Positions 1 through 8,049 of a DNA stretch of 64,000 nt are shown one piece after another. Source of the stretch: an uncultured Spirochaetota bacterium (lineage in GTDB: Bacteria > Spirochaetota > Spirochaetia > SZUA-6 > Fen-1364). The stretch covers positions 443,358-507,357 of the forward strand of contig CAWJSK010000019.1 in NCBI GenBank assembly GCA_963845535.1, in the 5' to 3' direction. Made by a program: the position numbers and the translations under genes. A model generated the notes under the pieces. It had not been told where the DNA came from and made no database searches. It saw nothing but the letters and a program-made list of their open reading frames with translations. Within the stretch, counting starts at the first letter, position 1. Each line of letters opens with the position of its first letter.

Positions 1-12
1 TCCTGTTCCCCC

Positions 13-375
13 ATGACGATCGTTTCGACTGTGGAGGAGTTCCCTCCGGATCGCCTGGAAGCGATCCTTGCCGACCTGCCGACAGACTCGGGCTACAGGC
101 TGGAGGTCACGCCGCTTCGATATCGCACCAAGCCCCACCTGCGGGCCCTGTGCGACTGGGCGAACAAGGCGATCAAGGTGCAGGTTCCTCAGCCTTTTCG
201 GCCATTTCGTGAGCGCGTTCCCGTTCTGTTTCGAACGAAGACGGAAGTCATCCGTTACCTGTACTGCCACGAGTACTATCACTACTACCTCCATGACGTG
301 CTCGGCAGGAAAGGGCTGGCGGAGACGGCGTGCGATCGATTCGCCCTCGAAAACTTTAGAAGGCGAAAAAGGTGA
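13..375 (+). CDS. Small hypothetical protein with HExxH zinc-metallopeptidase-like motif (ImmA/IrrE-like)
   Basis: 120 aa ORF containing CHEYYH followed by AETACDRFA, resembling the HExxH...ExxAxxFA zincin pattern. Confidence 0.55.
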   Translation: MTIVSTVEEFPPDRLEAILADLPTDSGYRLEVTPLRYRTKPHLRALCDWANKAIKVQVPQPFRPFRERVPVLFRTKTEVIRYLYCHEYYHYYLHDVLGRKGLAETACDRFALENFRRRKR

Positions 376-459
376 GCATCAAGCTCGGGACGCGAGGAGG
401 GCTCCGATCGACATGTTCACGAGGGATCACTGGGCGCTATATTTGCGCTGGGAGAGATC

Positions 460-2889
460 ATGCCTGAAAATCCTTCAGCCGAGCTTGGAACCGCCCAATA
501 CAAAACGATGACCATTGAGGATGCCATCCGAGAGCAGGGATCAGCCCTCGAGGGTCTCAGCGAGCTCGAGGTCGAGAGGAGGCTGAAGGAATACGGCAGG
601 AATGAAGTCGCCTCCAGAAAGAGAAGTCCGATCCTCGAGTTCTTGTCCCGGTTCTGGGGACCAATGCCGTGGCTGCTGGAATTGGCTATCGCGCTCGCCG
701 TTTTCCTGGGACATGACCTGGAAGCCGTCATCATTGCCATCCTGATCGTCACGAATGCGATCATAGGCTACCTGCATTCTCGAAGCTCCCAGAGATCCCT
801 CGAGCTGCTCAAGGAAAAGCTGGCCGTTGATGCCGTGGTGCGCCGCCAGGGCAGGTGGGCAACCATAAACGCATCCGAGGTCGTGCCGGGAGATGTTGCG
901 GCGGTCCAGATGGGCGACATCGTTCCGGCGGACGCCAAAGTCCTGAGCGGCGAGCTTTCCGTGGACCAGTCAGCGTTGACGGGCGAATCGCTTCCCGTGG
1001 AGGTCGGCCCTTCGGACATTCTGTACTCAAGCTCGGTCGTAAAGCGCGGAGAGGCTCAGTGCCTTGTGGTCAACACGGGGGGCGGAACCTACTTTGGCAG
1101 GACCGCGGAGCTTGTGCAGATTGCCCGACCGAAGTCCCACCAGGAACAGATCATGCTGTCCGTCGTGAGGTACATGATGTACCTCGGAATCGCGGCGCTC
1201 GCAGCGGTTGCCGTAGGTGCTCTTCTTTTGAAAATCGGCGTTTTGTCGGTTGCCACCTTTGCGGTGATTTTCCTGATGGGCGCTGTGCCCGTGGCCTTGC
1301 CGGCGGTTCTCACCATTGTGCAGGCCGTTGGGGCAATGGAGCTTGTCAAGAAAGGGGTGCTGATCACCCGCCTCGACTCCATGGAAGACGCGGCATCCCT
1401 TGACGTGCTCTGTCTGGACAAGACGGGCACGCTGACAATGAACCAGCTTTCCGTGACCGAGGTCATTCCCTACGCGGGACATCAGGTGAACGACGTCCTC
1501 GCCACCGCGGCTCTCACCGCAAAGGCAGAGAGCAAAGACGGCATCGATATCGCGGTTCGAGAGAAAGCCGAGGCAGCGGGCATCAAGAACGCGGAGTACC
1601 GCCAGATTTCGGTTACGCCATTCGAGCCTGCCACCAAGCGCTCAGAGGCCGTCGTTCAGGCGGGAGACAGCCGCTTCCGGGCGGTGAAAGGCGCCCCTCA
1701 GGTCGTACTCTCCCTCTCCCGCCTCACGGACAGCGCTGTTGTGAGGGCTGCCGGGGAAATGGTGGAAGTCCTCTCTCGCAAGGGATCCAGGACTCTGGCG
1801 GTGGCAAGGTCCCGCTCCGCGGAGGGGGATGACTTCGAGCTGGTGGGTCTGCTGGCCCTGGCTGATCCCCCCCGGCCCGACGCGCGGCAGATGATAGCGG
1901 AGGCTATGGACCTCGGCGTGAAACCTATCATGGTCACCGGCGACAACATCGCAATTGCCCGACAGATGGCCCTTGAATTGGGCATCGGCAACAACGTCAT
2001 GCGTATGGGGGATCTCGCGGCCTCCCCTGAGCCCGAACAGATGAGGATTGTACAAGGATGCAGCGGGTTGGCCGAGGTCTATCCGGAGGACAAGTACAAG
2101 ATCGTAAAACTTCTGCAGGCGCACGGGCACACCTCAGGGATGACGGGTGATGGCGTCAACGATGCGCCTGCCCTGAAGCAGGCGGAGGTCGGCATCGCTG
2201 TCATGGGAGCCACCAACGTGGCGAAGGCATCCGCGAGCATGGTCCTCACTGAGCCGGGCATCAGGGTCATCATGAACGCACTTCGGACGAGCAGGCAAAT
2301 CTATCAGAGGATGCTTACGTGGGTCATCAACAAGGTTACAAAAACGATCCAGCTCGTCGGCATTCTGACCATAGGCTTTTTCTGGCTGCACGATCTTGTG
2401 ATTTCTCTCCTCGGCATGGCCCTTCTGGTGCTCGCCAATGACTTTGTGACGATGTCGCTCTCTACGGACAACGTGAAGTACACCAGAAACCCAAACGCCT
2501 GGAACGTGAGGAATATCACTCTCGCTTCAGCCGGAATTGGGGTCTTTTTCGTTCTGCAGGGATGGCTCACCATCCTGATTGCCAGGAACCTTCTGCATCT
2601 GACCGCAGACGAGCTGCGCAGCTTCGTTCTCCTCATGCTCGTCTTTACCAGCCAGTTCAGGATTTACCTTGTGCGTGAGAGGCGTCATTTCTGGGATTCC
2701 CGGCCGGGCTGGGGGGTCCTGATCTCCTCTGCGGCGGCCATTGTCGCCTTTTCCCTCCTGGGCATCTTTGGAGGAATCATCCAGAGGCTTGGCTTTTTGC
2801 CGGTGCTTTTCCTGGTGGCTTTCTCGGGGCTTTTTACATTCGCGGTAGAGCTGCCCAAATACTATATTTTCAGGAAACTCGGGCTTTAA
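460..2889 (+). CDS. Plasma-membrane proton-efflux P-type ATPase (P3A-like)
   Basis: TGES, DKTGT phosphorylation site, KGAP, TGD and GDGVNDAPALK motifs; FWGPMPW, PVALPAV and TM6 ANDF typical of P3A; 809 aa. Confidence 0.9.
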   Translation: MPENPSAELGTAQYKTMTIEDAIREQGSALEGLSELEVERRLKEYGRNEVASRKRSPILEFLSRFWGPMPWLLELAIALAVFLGHDLEAVIIAILIVTNAIIGYLHSRSSQRSLELLKEKLAVDAVVRRQGRWATINASEVVPGDVAAVQMGDIVPADAKVLSGELSVDQSALTGESLPVEVGPSDILYSSSVVKRGEAQCLVVNTGGGTYFGRTAELVQIARPKSHQEQIMLSVVRYMMYLGIAALAAVAVGALLLKIGVLSVATFAVIFLMGAVPVALPAVLTIVQAVGAMELVKKGVLITRLDSMEDAASLDVLCLDKTGTLTMNQLSVTEVIPYAGHQVNDVLATAALTAKAESKDGIDIAVREKAEAAGIKNAEYRQISVTPFEPATKRSEAVVQAGDSRFRAVKGAPQVVLSLSRLTDSAVVRAAGEMVEVLSRKGSRTLAVARSRSAEGDDFELVGLLALADPPRPDARQMIAEAMDLGVKPIMVTGDNIAIARQMALELGIGNNVMRMGDLAASPEPEQMRIVQGCSGLAEVYPEDKYKIVKLLQAHGHTSGMTGDGVNDAPALKQAEVGIAVMGATNVAKASASMVLTEPGIRVIMNALRTSRQIYQRMLTWVINKVTKTIQLVGILTIGFFWLHDLVISLLGMALLVLANDFVTMSLSTDNVKYTRNPNAWNVRNITLASAGIGVFFVLQGWLTILIARNLLHLTADELRSFVLLMLVFTSQFRIYLVRERRHFWDSRPGWGVLISSAAAIVAFSLLGIFGGIIQRLGFLPVLFLVAFSGLFTFAVELPKYYIFRKLGL

Positions 2890-2959
2890 GTCAGCGGTAG
2901 TTTCTCATGAGACCGCTCTCGCTCATATCCGACGCGTCTGTTCGTGGTATAGTCTGACG

Positions 2960-3760
2960 GTGGACCATCGAAATGGGAAAGAAGCCCTCCGTCTGGAGGA
3001 CGTCTCCCTCGACATCGACGGGAGGCCCATCCTGAGAGACGTCACCTGGACAGCCTCGCGCGGAGAGAAGTGGATCGTTCTGGGCCGAAACGGAAGCGGC
3101 AAGACCTCCCTCATGCGGCTGCTCTCCGGATTCGGCTTTCCCTCGCGCGGACGGATGCTGGTGCTGGGAGAGCTCCTGGGAAGGACGGACCTGCACCTGC
3201 TGCGCCGGAGGGTGGGATGGATCCATGGGGACCTTGCCTCGGACATCCCCTCCTTCATGACCGGGCTGGAGGTCGTCCTCTCGGGAGCGGAGGGCAGCCT
3301 CGTAGTCTACGACGAGGTCCCGGGCAGCGAGGAGGAGATGGCCCTGGGAATGCTGGAAAAGCTGGGCATGAAGGAGTTCGCCAACCGGAGCTTTTCCCGC
3401 CTTTCCACCGGTGAGAGGCAACGCGTGCTCATTGCCCGCGCGCTGACCGCCGGGCCCGAGCTGCTCCTCCTGGATGAACCGTGCCAGGGGCTTGATCCGC
3501 GCGCCCGGGAGGAGTTCCTCGAATCCCTTTCCCTGCTGCTTGCTTCCCATCCGGATCTCAGCGTCGTGTGCGTGACGCACCACGTGGATGAGATCATCGA
3601 GGGGTTCTCCCATGTGCTGGTCCTGGAGGAGGGAAACGTGATTGCCCGAGGCCCGCGGAAGACCGTCCTCACGCCTGACATGATCAAACGGCTGTTTGGT
3701 GACGGCTGCCGCCTCCATTCCCGCGGCGGCAGGTACTTCCTCAGCTTCGGCAAGGAGTAG
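2960..3760 (+). CDS. ABC transporter ATP-binding protein (ModF/YlmA-like, orphan)
   Basis: Walker A GRNGSGKT, signature LSTGERQR, Walker B LLLLDEP, H-loop VTHH. Confidence 0.85.
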   Translation: MDHRNGKEALRLEDVSLDIDGRPILRDVTWTASRGEKWIVLGRNGSGKTSLMRLLSGFGFPSRGRMLVLGELLGRTDLHLLRRRVGWIHGDLASDIPSFMTGLEVVLSGAEGSLVVYDEVPGSEEEMALGMLEKLGMKEFANRSFSRLSTGERQRVLIARALTAGPELLLLDEPCQGLDPRAREEFLESLSLLLASHPDLSVVCVTHHVDEIIEGFSHVLVLEEGNVIARGPRKTVLTPDMIKRLFGDGCRLHSRGGRYFLSFGKE

Positions 3761-3763
3761 GGC

Positions 3764-4207
3764 ATGGACAGGAAGCCGGTCGTTTCCAAGCTCACGCGGG
3801 GACAGGATGCCTACTACACCGTCAGCTGGTCGAGGCTGAAGAAAAGCGACAAGTACGAAATCGTGAAGTCCGTCCCATCGGAGGCCGGTATCTACGAGCT
3901 GTACTACATGGATGAAAAGGGCAAGCTCTGCCTTTTCCACGTGGGCAAATCATGGTACGGGGGGCTTCGCAATGAGATCAGGCTCCGCACGGACATCGAG
4001 CTGGAGAAGGACGAGGCTCATCGCGCCATCCTGGATGAGCACGATTGCTGGTACCGCTGGTCCCTGGTGAGCGCAAGCGACGACATGGCGGACATCATCT
4101 TTTTCTTCGCAAGCACGTACCGGTTTGCGGCGAAAGTGCATCATTCGGGCCGCTATCGGAACATCTTCGTCAACGAGGTGAGCGCGGACAAGATCGTCTC
4201 CATCTGA
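3764..4207 (+). CDS. Hypothetical protein, possible degenerate GIY-YIG-like fold
   Basis: 147 aa, 3 nt after upstream stop; PSEAGIYEL...FHVGKS...GLRNEIR. Confidence 0.7.
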   Translation: MDRKPVVSKLTRGQDAYYTVSWSRLKKSDKYEIVKSVPSEAGIYELYYMDEKGKLCLFHVGKSWYGGLRNEIRLRTDIELEKDEAHRAILDEHDCWYRWSLVSASDDMADIIFFFASTYRFAAKVHHSGRYRNIFVNEVSADKIVSI

Positions 4208-4235
4208 GCGCCGGCGCTCGCAGCACCTCTCCGCC

Positions 4236-4655
4236 CTAGAGGCTCCCGAGCTTCTCCACCATGAAGCGGATCCGTTTTGCAAGGGAGACCATGAGCCGGC
4301 GCGGCCACTGCGGGCTGGCTGCGTAAATGTCCGCGAAGTTCTCCTTGGAAAACTCGAGGGCTTCCATCTCGCCCTTGGCGATGACGGTGGCTGATCGCAC
4401 GGACTTGTCGAAAAAGCTCATCTCCCCGATCACTTCGCCTTTTCCCAGGGTGGCCATCACGCGGTATTTCTCCCCGACCTTGCGGGTGACGTAAACCTCC
4501 CCCGAGGTGATCCAGTAGATCTTCTGCTGGATTTCCCCCTCCCTGATGAGGACCTGCTTGTCATGGAACTTCTTGCCGAACTTCTCCATCACCGCGGCGT
4601 CGAGGGCTTCCTCCGCCTGAAAGGCGATCTTCATGATTTCGTCATAGCCTTCCAT
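4236..4655 (-). CDS. Stand-alone cyclic nucleotide-binding domain protein
   Basis: Start reassigned to MEGYDEIMK, overlapping upstream TGA; GEVIGEMSFFDKSVRSATVIA is a canonical cNMP phosphate-binding cassette. Confidence 0.85.
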   Translation of the reverse strand: MEGYDEIMKIAFQAEEALDAAVMEKFGKKFHDKQVLIREGEIQQKIYWITSGEVYVTRKVGEKYRVMATLGKGEVIGEMSFFDKSVRSATVIAKGEMEALEFSKENFADIYAASPQWPRRLMVSLAKRIRFMVEKLGSL

Positions 4656-5062
4656 CAGCGTTTTCCTTCCTCGCGCCTGCCCAGGCGTTCTCCGAACTCC
4701 GCATTCATGATCCTGAGCTCGCGGGTCAGGCCGGTGATGGCCGCAAAGCCCAGCTCCCAGGAAACGCTGGACGCCAGTTGGAACCCCTCCATGTTCCAGC
4801 GGTACAGGATTATCCGTTCGGCCGACTGGACGGAGCCCAGCCGCGCGCATTCGGCAAGCGGCTCCACCAGCCCGAAGAGACTGTCCGGCATGATCCAAAG
4901 GGGAAACGATGCCGCGGCAAGCGGATACTCGAGCTTGGCCATCCCGGCAATCACGTAATAGATGGGCTTGTCCCCAACCGGGTCACCGGCGCTGAAAATC
5001 TGCTCGTGCGCGGGAAAGGTGACCTCTTCTCCGTACTGCAGGAAATGCGGATGATCTTCCAT
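4655..5062 (-). CDS. Cyclic nucleotide-binding domain protein (divergent, no HTH)
   Basis: IFSAGDP...IYYVIAG...SLFGLVEPL...R pattern of a Crp-like cNMP domain; coupled to downstream gene. Confidence 0.7.
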   Translation of the reverse strand: MEDHPHFLQYGEEVTFPAHEQIFSAGDPVGDKPIYYVIAGMAKLEYPLAAASFPLWIMPDSLFGLVEPLAECARLGSVQSAERIILYRWNMEGFQLASSVSWELGFAAITGLTRELRIMNAEFGERLGRREEGKR

Positions 5063-5166
5063 TCTGCTAGAAATTTCGACATTTTGGGAGCTTTTTATTG
5101 AATTCTTTTATCTTTTTGTCTATACTGACGCCATTCCGGAAAACCTTCCAACAGCGGGAGTTATGC

Positions 5167-6330
5167 ATGGATCAAGTGAAGCAAAGCCACGCCGAGGAGT
5201 ACGGCAAGGCGCCCGAGATCATAGCCTGCGCTCCCGGTCGGGTGAACCTTATCGGTGAGCATACCGACTACAACGACGGCTTTGTTTTTCCCATGGCCAT
5301 TGATTTCATGGTCCGCGTTGCCATCACCCGCAGGAAGGACAACCATCTCCGGTTCTATTCCGTGGATTACAAGGACAGGAAGCGCGCCACGCTCCCCACG
5401 CTGCGCTACAGAAAGGAAGATCGCTGGGCAAATTACCCCAAAGGCATCATAGCTGAGTTCCTTGCCCGCGGCCATGAGCTGAGCGGGATGGACATAACCA
5501 TCCAGGGGGACATCCCCCAGGGCGCCGGGCTGTCCTCCTCCGCCGCCCTCGAGGTGGCAACCGGCATCGCCATCCAGGAGCTCTACGGGATAGAGATCGG
5601 CAGTGAGGATCTGGCCCGCCTGGCCCAGCATGCGGAGAACGAGTTCGTCGGCGTGAAATGCGGCATCATGGACCAGTTCATTTCCCGCCTTGCCAGGGAG
5701 GGGCACGCCATGCTCCTCGACGCCCGGTTTCTCGCGTATCACTTCGTGCCTCTTGCCCTCAAGAGCGTCAAAATACTCATCACGAACTCGAAAGTCCCGC
5801 ACGGCCTGGTGGACTCGGAATACAACAAGCGCCGGGAGGAATGCCGCAAGTGCGTGGAGATCCTCTCCGTCAAGAAGCCGGGGACGGCCCTGCGCGACTA
5901 TACCTCCAACGACATCCGTGACAGCATGGGGGTGATCCCGGAAGGCACACGGAAGAAATGTCTCCACGTGGTGGAAGAGAACCAGCGCGTGTTGGACGCT
6001 GAGGAAGCGCTCAAGAAGAGGGACCTTGTCACGTTCGGCAAATTGATGAACCGCTCCCATGAAAGCCTGCGGGACCTGTACGAGGTGTCCTGTCCCGAGC
6101 TGGATTGGCTCGTGAAAAGGGCATGGGAGACGGAAGGGGTCTACGGCTCCCGCCTTACCGGAGCCGGCTTCGGCGGGTGCACCGTCACGCTGATAGAGGA
6201 AGAAGCCATCCCCCTGTATAAAGAGCACATCGTGCAGTACGAGCGTATCTTCGGGTTTCGTCCGGAGCTCTATATCTGCAAGCCGTCGCCCGGCGCCCAT
6301 GTCCTGGAAAGCCGGTTGCAGCGCACATGA
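5167..6330 (+). CDS. galK: Galactokinase
   Basis: APGRVNLIGEHTDYNDG, PQGAGLSSSAA, CGIMDQ and GAGFGG motifs; start at MDQVK after a GGGAG RBS. Confidence 0.95.
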   Translation: MDQVKQSHAEEYGKAPEIIACAPGRVNLIGEHTDYNDGFVFPMAIDFMVRVAITRRKDNHLRFYSVDYKDRKRATLPTLRYRKEDRWANYPKGIIAEFLARGHELSGMDITIQGDIPQGAGLSSSAALEVATGIAIQELYGIEIGSEDLARLAQHAENEFVGVKCGIMDQFISRLAREGHAMLLDARFLAYHFVPLALKSVKILITNSKVPHGLVDSEYNKRREECRKCVEILSVKKPGTALRDYTSNDIRDSMGVIPEGTRKKCLHVVEENQRVLDAEEALKKRDLVTFGKLMNRSHESLRDLYEVSCPELDWLVKRAWETEGVYGSRLTGAGFGGCTVTLIEEEAIPLYKEHIVQYERIFGFRPELYICKPSPGAHVLESRLQRT

Positions 6331-7070
6331 GGATTCTCGTTACCAATGATGATGGAATAGAGAGCCAGGGGATCCGCCAGCTCGCCGAAAGGCTCGCGGA
6401 CGGGCACGAGACGTGGCTCGTTGCCCCGGAAGGGGAGAAGAGCGGCCAGTCCCACTCCATCACGCTGAGGGACTCCATCCGCATCCGCTGTCTTGGGGAG
6501 CGCCGTTATGCGTGCAAGGGGACCACCGCGGACTGCGTCATCGTCTCCCTGCTCGGGCTCATACCCCCCAAGGTGGACATGGTCATCTCCGGCATCAACC
6601 ACGGGCCCAACCTCGGCACGGACATCCTGTTCTCCAGCACTGCGGCCGGAGCGCGCCAGGGCGCTCTCATGGGCGTGCCGTCGGTCGCGGTTTCCCTGGG
6701 GGCGTACGCGCCTCCCTTCGATTTCTCCAGCGCCGCTGATTTTGTGGCGCGCAACCTGGAGACCTTTCGCGACTTGTGGACGGACGACCATTTCCTCAAC
6801 ATCAATTTCCCTCCGGTGAATGCGGATCATCCGGAGCCCACCATCACCTTCCCTTCCCGCAGGATCTACCGGGACAAACTGAACACCTACCGCGCCCCCA
6901 ACGGAGATACATTCTGCTTTGTCTATGGAGCGGTGCCTGAGGCCCACTACGAGGCCGGGTCCGATTGCCAGGTGCTGTCGGAAGGGAAGATCTCCATCTC
7001 CCCCATCCATGCCCATCCGCGCAACTGGGTCTCCATCGAGGAAAGGTACCGCCGGGTGAGGTTCCTATGA
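6327..7070 (+). CDS. surE: 5'/3'-nucleotidase SurE
   Basis: MRILVTNDDGI, SGQSHSIT, SGINHGPNLG motifs; ATGA overlap with galK. Confidence 0.95.
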   Translation: MRILVTNDDGIESQGIRQLAERLADGHETWLVAPEGEKSGQSHSITLRDSIRIRCLGERRYACKGTTADCVIVSLLGLIPPKVDMVISGINHGPNLGTDILFSSTAAGARQGALMGVPSVAVSLGAYAPPFDFSSAADFVARNLETFRDLWTDDHFLNINFPPVNADHPEPTITFPSRRIYRDKLNTYRAPNGDTFCFVYGAVPEAHYEAGSDCQVLSEGKISISPIHAHPRNWVSIEERYRRVRFL

Positions 7071-7873
7071 ACGAGAAGTTCGAACGCGCGGTGAAGCTCT
7101 ACCATTCCCACCGCTACGAGCAAGCCCTCGCGGCTCTTGCGGAGGTGGAGGGCGAAACGGGCCCGACCCCTGAGCTGGACTACTACACGGGCCTCACCCT
7201 CACGCAGCTGGGCAGGTTCGAAGACGCCCTCCTGGCCCTGGAGAAGGTGGTCAACTCGCACTTCAGCTTCTTGCACATCATGCAGGCGCGCATGGTGCTC
7301 GGGTACATCTACTCCGTGACGGGGCGCTACCGGCTGGCCGAGTTCGAGTTCACGAAGGTGAGCGAGCTTGGCGTGCAGTCCTCCCAGGCGCTCGCCGCGT
7401 TGGGATTCGTCTACTACGCGCAAAAGAAAGTGAAAGAGAGCATCGAGACGCTGAAAAAGGCGCTGGAGATGGAGCCGAAGAACGCGAACGCGCTGAACTC
7501 TCTCGGGTTCATCTATGCGGAGGAGAGGGTCGACCCGCAGAAAGCCGTGTCCCTGTGCCGCCAGGCTGTGGAAGTGGCGCCCCGAAACGCCGCCTACCTG
7601 GATTCACTGGGCTGGGCGCTGTACCGCGTGGGCGGGTTCGACGAAGCGCGCGTGCTGTTCCGCCAGGCGCTCGACCTTGCGCCGGGGAACAAGGACATTG
7701 CCGCCCACATGCGCGCGCTCCTGGACGTCATGAAGGACGTCTCGCGCCCCGGCTACGCCGCGGTAGTCCGCGCGGGGCGCGGTAAGCCGCGCGGAGGGGC
7801 GCAAAGCCCCCTAAAGTTTCTTTCATTTCTTTGGGCAAATCCGTCGAAAATACAATCAGGAGTGAGCCTATGA
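7067..7873 (+). CDS. Tetratricopeptide repeat protein
   Basis: Start at MNEKFERA (ATGA overlap with surE); multiple TPR motifs (ALNSLGF, YLDSLGW); C-terminal ~40 aa may be spurious. Confidence 0.85.
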   Translation: MNEKFERAVKLYHSHRYEQALAALAEVEGETGPTPELDYYTGLTLTQLGRFEDALLALEKVVNSHFSFLHIMQARMVLGYIYSVTGRYRLAEFEFTKVSELGVQSSQALAALGFVYYAQKKVKESIETLKKALEMEPKNANALNSLGFIYAEERVDPQKAVSLCRQAVEVAPRNAAYLDSLGWALYRVGGFDEARVLFRQALDLAPGNKDIAAHMRALLDVMKDVSRPGYAAVVRAGRGKPRGGAQSPLKFLSFLWANPSKIQSGVSL

Positions 7874-8031
7874 AGGTTGATAGCGTAGCTCTTCCTGCAG
7901 TGTCGAACGCTCAGATGAACGATCTTCCGATCATGAACGCGGAGGAGATCAAAAGCATTCTGTATCTCGGCATCAGGGGAGAGGTCAAGCTCGATCAGGG
8001 CACAAAGCACGCTGTAGATACGTACGCCTGA
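7870..8031 (+). CDS. Small hypothetical protein (53 aa, ends VDTYA)
   Basis: AGGAG RBS upstream of ATG 7870; fills the gap between the TPR and NHL genes. Confidence 0.65.
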   Translation: MKVDSVALPAVSNAQMNDLPIMNAEEIKSILYLGIRGEVKLDQGTKHAVDTYA

Positions 8032-8049
8032 TTTCTCTATACTCGGCTC

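Noticed and set aside
5161-6300. 379 aa minus-strand ORF (and similar ORFs at 2891-3940, 12788-13846, 55858-56853, 63059-63976)
   Set aside because: Antisense shadows of well-supported + strand genes
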